A DNA stretch of 24,000 nt from Candidatus Heimdallarchaeota archaeon (GCA_016839945.1 JAEOTE010000067.1:4776-28775); one strand, 5' to 3'; positions 1 through 8,447 are shown, counted from the stretch's first letter. Program-made: numbers and translations. The notes: generated by a model from the sequence alone, not told the origin.

Positions 1-361
1 GTTCTACTGCATCAACTACAATAATAGCTCCATCGACCAGACGTAAAGCTTGAGAAACCATGCCTGAGAAATCAACATGTCCTGGTGTATCAACTAGATT
101 AATTAAATAAGGCGAATCATTATAATTGAAGATGAAAGAGATATTTGCTGTCTTGATAGTGATTCCTCTTCTTTGCTCTTCTTCAAGATAATCTAAAGCA
201 CGTGCACTTCCTGCCATAGTCTTTGATATTAATCCTCCCGATTGGAGTAAATGGTCAGATAAGGTAGTTTTTCCATGGTCTACGTGACTTACTATGCTTA
301 CATTACGTATGTTTTCTTTTTTCTTCATAGATTTTGAGATTTGATCAATGTATTCACTCAT
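1..361 (-). CDS. fusA: Translation elongation factor 2 (aEF-2), N-terminal part, truncated by window edge
   Basis: Manual reverse translation from ATG at 361: MSEYIDQISKSMKKKENIRNVSIVSHVDHGKTTLSDHLLQSGG...RRGITI...DTPGHVDFSGMVSQALRLVDGAIIVVDAVE; G1 and G3 motifs of EF-2 GTPases. Confidence 0.95.
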   Translation of the reverse strand, partial: MSEYIDQISKSMKKKENIRNVSIVSHVDHGKTTLSDHLLQSGGLISKTMAGSARALDYLEEEQRRGITIKTANISFIFNYNDSPYLINLVDTPGHVDFSGMVSQALRLVDGAIIVVDAVE

Positions 362-464
362 AGATGTATTTGTATTATCAATAGAAGTTTAAAGCTTTAT
401 CATGTTTTTTAATAGTTAACGTTTTAAATTGAAAAACATAATATATTACAAACAAATACGTATT

Positions 465-482
465 AGAATTATTATTAATTCT
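465..482. repeat. Inverted repeat AGAATTA-TTAT-TAATTCT in the leader of the coiled-coil ORF
   Basis: Perfect 7-bp arms, 4-nt spacer, between TATA-like sequence and ATG 495. Confidence 0.6.
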
Positions 483-494
483 GAGGTACTGCAA

Positions 495-896
495 ATGTAT
501 GAAACTAAGGTTCCAGGAACAAGGTATACTGTTTCGTTAATTAATGTTAAAGGACAATGGATGATACAGATAAAGCTTGATGATATTGTTGAGTCAGATG
601 TTCTTGTAAAGGATATTAGTGAAAGAGGTATTCGTGAGAATATTAAATCTGTTGTCTCGGAAGTTAATTTATATGTAAATGATTTCATGCTTGATCAAAT
701 AACAAAAGAAATCACAGAGCAAGCACAAATATTGTTTAGAGAAGTTGAAGCTACTGTTGTAAGAGAAACTCATAAAACTCAAACAGAAATGTCAGCAGTT
801 GAGGAAACAATAATTCAAATTGTAAAAAGAATAGAAGTTTTAGAAGAAAGAATACGACGATTGGAAAATGCTCTTGCTCAACAAGAAGCAACTTAA
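495..896 (+). CDS. Hypothetical small protein with C-terminal coiled coil (start revised from 429 to 495)
   Basis: ORF 429..896; ATG at 495 is preceded by GAGGT (SD-like) and by a TATA-like element near 440. The C-terminus VEETIIQIVKRIEVLEERIRRLENALAQQEAT has heptad character. No family recognised. Confidence 0.65.
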   Translation: MYETKVPGTRYTVSLINVKGQWMIQIKLDDIVESDVLVKDISERGIRENIKSVVSEVNLYVNDFMLDQITKEITEQAQILFREVEATVVRETHKTQTEMSAVEETIIQIVKRIEVLEERIRRLENALAQQEAT

Positions 897-921
897 ACCT
901 CTCCCTTTTTTGTCTAATAAC

Positions 922-947
922 GTTTTAGTTTTTTATTACTAAAAACG
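922..947. repeat. Inverted repeat CGTTTTAGT / ACTAAAAACG between the coiled-coil ORF and rps10
   Basis: 9-bp stem with one bulged A, 7-nt T-rich loop. Confidence 0.6.
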
Positions 948-969
948 AAATCTTCTTAAAACCCACAAA

Positions 970-987
970 ACCTTTTGTACAAAAGGT
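970..987. repeat. Perfect 18-bp palindrome ACCTTTTGTACAAAAGGT overlapping the uS10 RBS
   Basis: Direct reading; identical to its own reverse complement. Confidence 0.9.
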
Positions 988-993
988 GACGTA

Positions 994-1308
994 ATGGCTC
1001 AACGAGCACGAATTAAGTTAATAGGCAATGATCCTCATTCATTACAAAAAATCTGTGGTCAGATTCAGAAGATAGCAGAACGAACAGGAGTACGTATAAA
1101 AGGACCTATTCCACTTCCTTCAAAAAGAATTGTTCTTCCTGTAAGAAAATCTCCTTGTGGAAATGGAACTGCAACTTATGACCATCTAGAAATGAAATTA
1201 CACAAAAGAATCATTGATATTGATGCAGAAGAAAAAAGTATGAGGCTTCTAATGAGAATTCATGTTCCTGAAGATGTACATATCGAGATAGCCATCGAAA
1301 GAAAATAA
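994..1308 (+). CDS. rps10: Small ribosomal subunit protein uS10
   Basis: 104 aa, MAQRARIKLIGNDPHSLQKICGQIQKIAERTGVRIKGPIPLPSKRIVLPVRKSP...; classic S10 signature; SD AAAGGTG upstream. Confidence 0.97.
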   Translation: MAQRARIKLIGNDPHSLQKICGQIQKIAERTGVRIKGPIPLPSKRIVLPVRKSPCGNGTATYDHLEMKLHKRIIDIDAEEKSMRLLMRIHVPEDVHIEIAIERK

Positions 1309-1343
1309 TTCTTTTATTTCCTCTTATCACAATTATCAAGATT

Positions 1344-2267
1344 TTAGAATTTAATCCTATAATCAGGATAAAAGTTCTTTAAGTAAAGAATAAAGTCTTC
1401 TGGTTCTTCAAAATTGTTTTTTATAAAATCAGAATTTTCACAGAAATCGATCATTGTATTGAAGTAATTCTTAATTTCATTATCTGAAATTAAAACATTA
1501 TATGGGGGTTTTAGTTCTCCTGAAAAAATCTTCGAATATAAGAGTTCCTTAAGGGTAATTAATGAAGATTTTGAGACATCTTTCCAAAAATTGAATGTAA
1601 TTTTTCTAAATGATTCATATAAATTATCAACGAGTTCCATCTGTTGTGTGATAATTTGAGAAAAACTGTCTATTCTATCTGGGTGATAATCCCTAATTTC
1701 AACAAACTTATGCCAAAAATGATTTTCAGGAAGTATATCAAAGGATTCCACTATTAAGTCTGTTTCTTTCAATTGCCCCAATATTCTTACAATTTTACCT
1801 ACACTTCCATCAGTCTTCTTCTTGAGTCTTTCTTTATCTTGTGATAAAACAATACATCTTTCTGTATGATAAGGGAAAATAAATTGTTCAATTTCTAAAA
1901 TAGTATCATAGTTTTTATTATCTATTAGCTTCACAATTCCAGTTAGCGTCCTTTTTTGTTTTTCATTCACATTGTAGTATCTCTTTAGTTTTAGTTTTAT
2001 GTTAGCTTTTCCAAATTTACCATCTGTTATTACAATCTCTTCTTTTTTGTTTCTTATGCAAAACCCATTTTCAATGATTAAATCTAGTCCAACAATAATA
2101 TTCTTCGAAAAACCAAGATCCTTTAAACTATAATTATACACCTGATTCTTAATTTTTAGATTACCGTAAATCCCCCATTTGCTAAATCTAACTGTAAGTA
2201 TTTCACCCTCTATATACTCAATTGCTTTACCAGGTTCTAGAATTAAATCCTCTTGTTTAGCGCTCAT
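1344..2267 (-). CDS. Hypothetical protein, possible beta-rich/OB-like N-terminal region
   Basis: 307 aa ORF in line with the minus-strand gene run; no recognised catalytic motifs. Confidence 0.65.
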   Translation of the reverse strand: MSAKQEDLILEPGKAIEYIEGEILTVRFSKWGIYGNLKIKNQVYNYSLKDLGFSKNIIVGLDLIIENGFCIRNKKEEIVITDGKFGKANIKLKLKRYYNVNEKQKRTLTGIVKLIDNKNYDTILEIEQFIFPYHTERCIVLSQDKERLKKKTDGSVGKIVRILGQLKETDLIVESFDILPENHFWHKFVEIRDYHPDRIDSFSQIITQQMELVDNLYESFRKITFNFWKDVSKSSLITLKELLYSKIFSGELKPPYNVLISDNEIKNYFNTMIDFCENSDFIKNNFEEPEDFILYLKNFYPDYRIKF

Positions 2268-2318
2268 TCAATTATTTATTATAAAGAATAATATAAAAAC
2301 TTGCTATGAATTGAGAAT

Positions 2319-3884
2319 TTACAAGTTTAATGATTTGATTTCCTTAACATTCTGTTTTAGAAAGTCATATATTGACTGAACCTTTTGCTCAAGGATATTT
2401 TCAGGATCAATTTGATAGATTTCAATTTTCTGATAATCCATTTTTTTTATAAATTTCAAAGATTCATCTTGAGCTAAAAGAAGAGTTTCCTCAGATAAAT
2501 CAAGGGAGTAAACAAATTGGCTAAAAGGGTAAGTTTCTGACAATTCAATAGGAACTAAACCTAGAAACGGCAAGAAATAAACCACGTCCATATTTTCTAT
2601 TTTCTCCCCAACTAACTCTCTGATTTTAACATTAGATCTAAAAATTTCTAAAGGATTTTTCTTACCAGATGCAATTAAAATTAACAATTTAGAGCTTTTG
2701 GGGGAATAATTCAGCAATATCCTTTTCCTAGCTTTAGACAAGTCTGAACGATAAACGGAGCTTTCATTGAAAATCTTTAAACCAATTTGTTTTGTAAACG
2801 GTGTTCCTAGTTCCCAGAATTCACTGGGAGTTTCCTTTAAAAGATGTTTAAAAGCCCTATATAATTTTGGATGAGCTTTTGATCTTAATTCAAGCAATTC
2901 CCACAATCTTCCTTCTTTTAAAGATACACGAACTTGTTTGATTTCAGCTGAAGAAACATGTAAGTTGTGTTCAGCAAGTCTTTTTATTCTTGTTCCTTCT
3001 TCTTCCTCTAGTAACTCTTTAGGTGTCCATCTAGAGCAGACATCACAAGGACATGGAAATTCTGTTAAATCATCAAGATGGTAAGTACCTGTTGGTCTCA
3101 TGTATCTCTTTTCTTTTGCATACAAAATATATGCTGCACTATCAAAAACATCACAACCTAAAGCAACAATGTATGGGAAAATCATGGGATGACCAGCACC
3201 AAATAAATGAAATGGGATGTTATGGGGAAGAAGTTGCCTAGCTGCTTTTATCATCGAAAATAAGGTTATGTAGTCATATTGCGTCATTATAGGTACAACA
3301 CTCCCAAGGGCTTGAAAACCGAAATATTTTGTGTAATCCTTTCTTTTGACTTCTTCGATATACTTTCTAATCAGTTGAGTGTTTTTACCTCCTTGAATAG
3401 GTAAAGTCCAAATAATGTCTTGATTACTCTTAATAAAGTCTAATGAAATTTTTATTCGATCAATAGTTCCTTCCATCTTTTCTTTAGCTTCTTGAAATGT
3501 ATCAGTAGGGGGAGTTGGTATATCTAGAATAACTCCAACATCAGTTTTCAAGCTTGCTTGTATTTTGAGAGATTGTATGGGGTCGATTTCTACATCTCCA
3601 TAAGCTAATATTTGATATGCTCCGCTATCCATCATTACATTTCCTTCAAATTGTAGGAAATCATGTATACTTTTCTTCCCATCAGGCATTCCAAAACGTT
3701 TCAGGAAAAGATATGCACTCGTAATCACGAAGTTGAAACCAAATTTTTCCATCATGTCTTTTGCTGATACTATATTGTCCCTTGGGTCAAGAACAGGTAC
3801 AAATGTAGGTGTAGTTACATTTCCTTTAGGCATTTTATAGATACCCAGTTTTCCATGCAAATCTTGTGTTAGTATTTCATACAT
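2319..3884 (-). CDS. tgtA: Archaeosine tRNA-guanine transglycosylase (TgtA-type), catalytic domain plus C1/DUF5591-like domain, no evident PUA domain
   Basis: MMDSGAYQILAYGDVEIDP, GCDVFDSAAYILYAKEKRYMRPTGT (catalytic Asp region), FPCPCDVCSRWTPKEL...H zinc site; C-terminal GLVPIELSETYPFSQ motif as in ArcS/TgtA C-terminal domains. Confidence 0.92.
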   Translation of the reverse strand: MYEILTQDLHGKLGIYKMPKGNVTTPTFVPVLDPRDNIVSAKDMMEKFGFNFVITSAYLFLKRFGMPDGKKSIHDFLQFEGNVMMDSGAYQILAYGDVEIDPIQSLKIQASLKTDVGVILDIPTPPTDTFQEAKEKMEGTIDRIKISLDFIKSNQDIIWTLPIQGGKNTQLIRKYIEEVKRKDYTKYFGFQALGSVVPIMTQYDYITLFSMIKAARQLLPHNIPFHLFGAGHPMIFPYIVALGCDVFDSAAYILYAKEKRYMRPTGTYHLDDLTEFPCPCDVCSRWTPKELLEEEEGTRIKRLAEHNLHVSSAEIKQVRVSLKEGRLWELLELRSKAHPKLYRAFKHLLKETPSEFWELGTPFTKQIGLKIFNESSVYRSDLSKARKRILLNYSPKSSKLLILIASGKKNPLEIFRSNVKIRELVGEKIENMDVVYFLPFLGLVPIELSETYPFSQFVYSLDLSEETLLLAQDESLKFIKKMDYQKIEIYQIDPENILEQKVQSIYDFLKQNVKEIKSLNL

Positions 3885-3939
3885 GTTTTACACCTACAAT
3901 CCACTAAAAAAATAGAAAAAGGTGTCTTTAACTTTATTG

Positions 3940-4359
3940 TTAATCTTGAGTAGCTTTGTATTTATCAAAAATCTTTTGGATTCTCTCAGAGATGGGGCCG
4001 GTTCCTTTTACTCCCTCTTCACTCACTGTAAATCTATCAAAAACCTGTATTATAGCAGCTTCTTCAATAATTTTAACATTTTGAGGTTGAAACATTTGAG
4101 AAAGTTCGCTTGCTAATCCAACAAGATCAAAGGGTTCTTCAGCTAATGTTATTTCCACAATATTTGAACCAGTAATGAAAACCCTGAAATAGGTTTCATC
4201 TCCACAACTAGCCTCAGCTAAAACTACATTTAGTGAATTATCCTGTATCCCTCGAAGGACACCTGTGTATATTTTCTTATTATTCATTGTAATTTTGACT
4301 CTTTTATTTACAAGTCCACTTAGTTCTAATAGAAACTCACGGTTTGGGTTTGCTGGCAT
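3940..4359 (-). CDS. Sm-like (Lsm) archaeal protein with C-terminal extension (SmAP3-like)
   Basis: 139 aa; Lsm fold pattern LVNKRVKITMNNKKIYTGVLRGIQDNSLNVVLAEA...RVFITGSNIVEITL followed by a ~60 aa extra domain. Confidence 0.75.
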   Translation of the reverse strand: MPANPNREFLLELSGLVNKRVKITMNNKKIYTGVLRGIQDNSLNVVLAEASCGDETYFRVFITGSNIVEITLAEEPFDLVGLASELSQMFQPQNVKIIEEAAIIQVFDRFTVSEEGVKGTGPISERIQKIFDKYKATQD

Positions 4360-4420
4360 ATTTAATCAAAGCAAGCTCGAGGTATTTATAAAAAAATGTT
4401 ATGATACTCGATTTATATTA

Positions 4421-6418
4421 TTATTCTACAGCAAGGATATCTATTTTGCTTTTTAGATCCTTATGAATTACAGTAATGATTGAACATACTGAAAAACAAT
4501 GATTGCATTGTGTGCATAATGAATCATCCACAATAATTCTTTCATTTTCAATTCTAATCGCATGGAATTCACAACTCCTGACACACAATCCGCATTTTAT
4601 ACAACCAGTTGCTCTAAATACTGTAGAAACAAAATCATTTATTGTATTCTTAACATATTGCTGTGTGAGTTCTTTTTGTTTTTTGAAATTTATTCTAAAG
4701 GTTCCATCTGAATATAATATGATAGTATGATTCTTATTAGATACGAGAATGAAATTAATATTCTTGTTTGTTTGAACCTTTCCTAATATCGGAAAAAAGG
4801 ATTGATTTTTTTCGAGATTAATTCCTCCAGAAAAAGAACCTATGACACTTAATGGTTGTGTTACACAATCACTGTGTTCTTCTTGTATGGAAACAAGATC
4901 TATTTCTTTTTCTGTTTTTTCTAAAAAGTTAAGGTTAAGAGATAATACATTTGAAATTTTTTTAGGTATTTTTTTAAATCTCCACAGACCATAATCCCAA
5001 TAGGATTTCGGCAAATTCCTCCTTCTACTCCATTTTTCTACTCCTTCTTTCAGTTTTTCATATTCCTTTTTATGTTTCTTTCGTAGAAGCCGAAATTGTG
5101 CCATATCCGTTGATGGACACACCCAACACCCTATTCTTTCATATCCTTCCTCGTATAGTTTGTTGTACGGTAGTTTTCTCCATTTAATATACATCCATAT
5201 CATGAGTGCTGTCCAATTTTGTATTGGTGACACGTTGATCTGGTTGGGGATATACTGGTTTTGCCAAGTGTCAGATATGGCTCTTCTAAAGGATTCATAT
5301 CTTCTTTGACCAACGAAACTAATACATTTAGTGTCTGGAAAGGTTTGTGAAATAGCTTTCTGGATAGGAGCGAGCTTGGCAAATTTGCAGCAATAGCGAA
5401 AATCTCTTCCTGGGGGACCAAATTTGTGGAAGGCTTCCCAGAATAGTTCTTCAGGAACGCTTTCAACAATAAGTCTATCTTCGAAACCTAATTGCTTACT
5501 AGAACTATGAACGTAGTCAACAGTTTCAGGAAATTCGATGCCAGTGTCAACAAATAGAACCTGAAAATCCTCGTTAGGAAGAGCTCGACGAACAAGCTCT
5601 AGAAGAACCAGGCTATCTTTCCCGCCACTAAAAGAAACCAAGACAGGTAATTGTAAATCCTCCTTAGTTTTTTGAATTTGAGTTATAGCTTCTTTTTCTA
5701 ATTTCAGAAGCTCTTGTTCATTCCAATGAATAATCTCCTCCCAAGAATATCTTGCTGTTATAGGGTGAACCTGTCTAGCTGCAGCGCGATAGTTCTTTGC
5801 ATAAACTCCCCTTTCCATTTGAGCTCTTTCGGTTTCATTTATACGAGCAATTCCTCCTGCAATAATATTATCGCTGGAATCAATAACAACAATGTAATCA
5901 CCTTTCTTGATATCAGGATCAGCTTGAATGACACCAGGTATAAGTATGTTAGCTCCTTTAGCAATTTTTTCTACAGCACCAGAACCAACCCTTACCCACC
6001 TCTTTGAAAACTTTCCACTCAATTGAGAAAGACCATTGGAATTTAATTTAATGACCCATTCATTAGAAAGTAAATCATATCTACGAGTACCAATACTAAT
6101 ACCATTGATGATAACCTCATCCATTTGGTCTTCTGAACCAACATGATTGAGAAAAACAACGTCATCTTTACGTATTATTTTTGAATTACTCCCGAAGTTG
6201 CTAATTATTAAATCTTCAATTTCTTGCATCTCAAACTCTGTAGCGGGTCTAACATCAAAAGGAGGTGTTAGTTGAACTTGATGAGATTCTTTGTTACAAA
6301 TAGGACAAAATTTTGAGACAACAATAGGAAGATTACAGCTATAACAAAAGAAGAAAGTGTTAGGTCCAAGGATAGGAATATTCTTTTTTTTTCTTCTTGA
6401 TGAGATATGAACACCCCA
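4421..6418 (-). CDS. Zn ribbon + PUA + PAPS reductase-like (PP-loop) + two [4Fe-4S] ferredoxin motifs; 5' end disputed (provided ORF starts at 6229)
   Basis: SFSGGKDSLVLLELVRR PP-loop; RWVRVGSGAVEKIAKGANILIPGV PUA; CIKCGLCVRSC and CTQCNHCFSVC clusters. The in-frame open region 6230..6418 encodes ...KKKNIPILGPNTFFFCYSCNLPIVVSKFCPICNKESHQVQLTPPFDVRPATEFE, typical of the N-terminus of this archaeal family. Confidence 0.85.
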   Translation of the reverse strand, partial: WGVHISSRRKKKNIPILGPNTFFFCYSCNLPIVVSKFCPICNKESHQVQLTPPFDVRPATEFEMQEIEDLIISNFGSNSKIIRKDDVVFLNHVGSEDQMDEVIINGISIGTRRYDLLSNEWVIKLNSNGLSQLSGKFSKRWVRVGSGAVEKIAKGANILIPGVIQADPDIKKGDYIVVIDSSDNIIAGGIARINETERAQMERGVYAKNYRAAARQVHPITARYSWEEIIHWNEQELLKLEKEAITQIQKTKEDLQLPVLVSFSGGKDSLVLLELVRRALPNEDFQVLFVDTGIEFPETVDYVHSSSKQLGFEDRLIVESVPEELFWEAFHKFGPPGRDFRYCCKFAKLAPIQKAISQTFPDTKCISFVGQRRYESFRRAISDTWQNQYIPNQINVSPIQNWTALMIWMYIKWRKLPYNKLYEEGYERIGCWVCPSTDMAQFRLLRKKHKKEYEKLKEGVEKWSRRRNLPKSYWDYGLWRFKKIPKKISNVLSLNLNFLEKTEKEIDLVSIQEEHSDCVTQPLSVIGSFSGGINLEKNQSFFPILGKVQTNKNINFILVSNKNHTIILYSDGTFRINFKKQKELTQQYVKNTINDFVSTVFRATGCIKCGLCVRSCEFHAIRIENERIIVDDSLCTQCNHCFSVCSIITVIHKDLKSKIDILAVE
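6384..6392 (-). other. 9-A homopolymer (coding sense) in the 5' region of the PAPS-reductase-like gene; candidate indel or slippage site
   Basis: Plus strand 6384-6392 is TTTTTTTTT; removing one base joins the ATG at 6420-6418 to the conserved frame. Confidence 0.7.
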
Positions 6419-7438
6419 TTAATTTTCTCTTAATAATCTCATCAATGCTCTAGGAATTTGTTTATAACTAGAAACTTCAGCAAATTTTCCCCTACCCAAT
6501 CTTGCAAGATCCTTACAAACTCTTCTACCCCAATCTTGCTTACTTGGTAAAGATATAACATGAAGACGTGGAAAGTATTTAAGGTATGGTCGAGGATCTC
6601 CACCTCTATTAAAAGCTCCATCAGTAATGATAACACCAAACTTGTGTCTTTTCTTAATTTTTTCTAGTTCAAGTCCACCGTATTTCAAACCTTCAGCAAT
6701 ATTAGTATAACCAGCGCTTTCACTTTCAAGAATTCGATTAACTAGTTCATTAGTTTTGACTTTCTCTTTAATATGCTTAATAGTATAAGCTTTAGTATTA
6801 AAAACAACCACACTAAAGTTATCACGTTCTAGATTATATGCCATTACTGCAACAGTTAATGCTGCTGTTGTGAATCTTTCACCGTATAAAGAACCAGATG
6901 TGTCAAACATAAGAACTGCAGTTTTTGTTCTCTCTTTTCTTTCCAAACTAACTATGTCTTCTGTGTGGAGTACCCTACTACGGTTTTGTAAATACCTCTC
7001 TAATGTCTCATCAATATCAAATTCATCTAGACCTATTTCATACTCGGTTTGTTCAAAAACTTCTCCTCTTATCCCTTGACTTGTGATACCAAAAGCTGTA
7101 GTTAAGATAACTTGTCTGGCTAATCGACGGAAAACAGGTTTCATCCTATCATCTAAAGCTGTTCTAAGCATGAAGAACAGCTCGGGAGCGCTACTGTCAC
7201 CTTTAGAAGCTCTTCTAGCAATTAGTGTATATCCTTTTTTAGAATTAAGAGCTTCTGCAACAGCAAATTTATTCGAAATAGCTAACCCTTGAATAGCAGG
7301 CATATTGTCTACATCGATAGCTAGTTCTGTTTGTTTTTTGATTTCGTAGTAGCTCATTCCCTCAGATAAACTAGAGTAGATTGAAGGATTTCTTTTTCCT
7401 GAAACTATTTCAGCTTCAAGCAACCTATTCTTGTCCAT
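6419..7438 (-). CDS. VWA-domain protein (MoxR partner, CoxE/ViaA/CobT-like class)
   Basis: MIDAS motif VLMFDTSGSL, AGYTNI, ITDGAFN; SD GAGGT 3 nt before ATG; lies directly downstream of a MoxR ATPase. Confidence 0.88.
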   Translation of the reverse strand: MDKNRLLEAEIVSGKRNPSIYSSLSEGMSYYEIKKQTELAIDVDNMPAIQGLAISNKFAVAEALNSKKGYTLIARRASKGDSSAPELFFMLRTALDDRMKPVFRRLARQVILTTAFGITSQGIRGEVFEQTEYEIGLDEFDIDETLERYLQNRSRVLHTEDIVSLERKERTKTAVLMFDTSGSLYGERFTTAALTVAVMAYNLERDNFSVVVFNTKAYTIKHIKEKVKTNELVNRILESESAGYTNIAEGLKYGGLELEKIKKRHKFGVIITDGAFNRGGDPRPYLKYFPRLHVISLPSKQDWGRRVCKDLARLGRGKFAEVSSYKQIPRALMRLLREN

Positions 7439-7500
7439 CTTACCTCGAAAGACATATGGTTTCTGGAAATCTTCTTTATACAGGTCTCCGCTCCCCTCTT

Positions 7501-8382
7501 CTAGAAAAAATCCATATCTTTGAATGTTGTTGTTACTATATTCTTTATAACGTCCTCAATTAAGCTTTCTACACCATCTTCTAATTCGATTTTGGTAGCT
7601 AAAGCCATGATTGAGCTATCAATCCATGATTCGATTTCGTTAGCTTCTAGAAAACGAATAATAGAAGCTAAATCTAATGCACCTCTAATAGAAGAACCTC
7701 TTCTTAAATCAGGCCAATCTCTTGTTTGTCTTATAATCTTAACAGCCATTTTAACTATTTTTTCCTCTTTTATGCCTGTTCTAACACGAACAATGTTTTG
7801 TTCTTCTTCTTCAGGTTGATATTCTAATCTTATCCAGACGAATCTGTCTCTCAATGCTTCGCTTAATGGTGTTGTTGCAACAAGCTCGGCAGGATTCATT
7901 GCACTTATAATGAAAAATCCTTCTTTTGCTTGAATTGCACCTAATTTGGGAATGATAATGGTTCCTTCATCCATTGCACCTAGAAGAACATTCTGTGTTC
8001 CTTCAGGCATACGATTTAATTCGTTTAAAAATAATATAGATCCTTTTTGCATTGCTTTAGTTAAGGGCCCTGTTACAAAAGAATTCCAATCATACCCCTT
8101 CTCAATAACCATAGGTGGATCAAAATGACCAACTAGTTTTGATGAGCTATATCTTTCATCACCATCAACTCTTTCGAGGTCTTGTGTGAAATATGAAGCC
8201 ATTGCATGTGCAAGTGTAGTTTTTCCCACTCCCACATCCCCTTCCAAAAGAATATGTCTATTTGCTAGTTTTGCTGCTAAGCATTTCCTTAATTCAACAG
8301 TTCTTCCAACGATATTAAACTGCTCTTGAATTTCTTCAATCATTTCACTTATTGTTTTATCTTGCATTACTACGCCTTCCAT
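7501..8382 (-). CDS. MoxR-family AAA+ ATPase
   Basis: Walker A LLEGDVGVGKTTLA, Walker B-like GSILFLNELNRMP, sensor AMNPAE, LRDRF arginine-finger region. ORF track start is 8400; internal ATG at 8382 has SD GAGGT and is preferred. Confidence 0.9.
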   Translation of the reverse strand: MEGVVMQDKTISEMIEEIQEQFNIVGRTVELRKCLAAKLANRHILLEGDVGVGKTTLAHAMASYFTQDLERVDGDERYSSSKLVGHFDPPMVIEKGYDWNSFVTGPLTKAMQKGSILFLNELNRMPEGTQNVLLGAMDEGTIIIPKLGAIQAKEGFFIISAMNPAELVATTPLSEALRDRFVWIRLEYQPEEEEQNIVRVRTGIKEEKIVKMAVKIIRQTRDWPDLRRGSSIRGALDLASIIRFLEANEIESWIDSSIMALATKIELEDGVESLIEDVIKNIVTTTFKDMDFF

Positions 8383-8447
8383 TGGTACCTCTTTCCTCAT
8401 TAAATTTCTTTATACCGTCTTTCTAACAATAATTTTGTTATTTCGAG

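Noticed and set aside
446-688. Minus-strand 80-aa ORF
   Set aside because: Fully antisense to the coiled-coil ORF, low-complexity, no RBS; likely spurious.
2179-2379. Plus-strand 66-aa ORF
   Set aside because: Antisense to real minus-strand genes at their junction; no family signal.
5200-5469. 89-aa ORF overlapping the PAPS-reductase-like gene
   Set aside because: Alternative-frame reading across its conserved catalytic domain; no independent support.
5714-6007. Plus-strand 97-aa ORF
   Set aside because: Antisense to the conserved PUA region of the PAPS-reductase-like gene.
6419-6421. TAA readthrough creating a VWA-PAPS reductase fusion
   Set aside because: Formally possible because both reading frames are continuous, but the TAATG overlap plus homopolymer offset is a simpler explanation; retained only as an alternative in the main finding.
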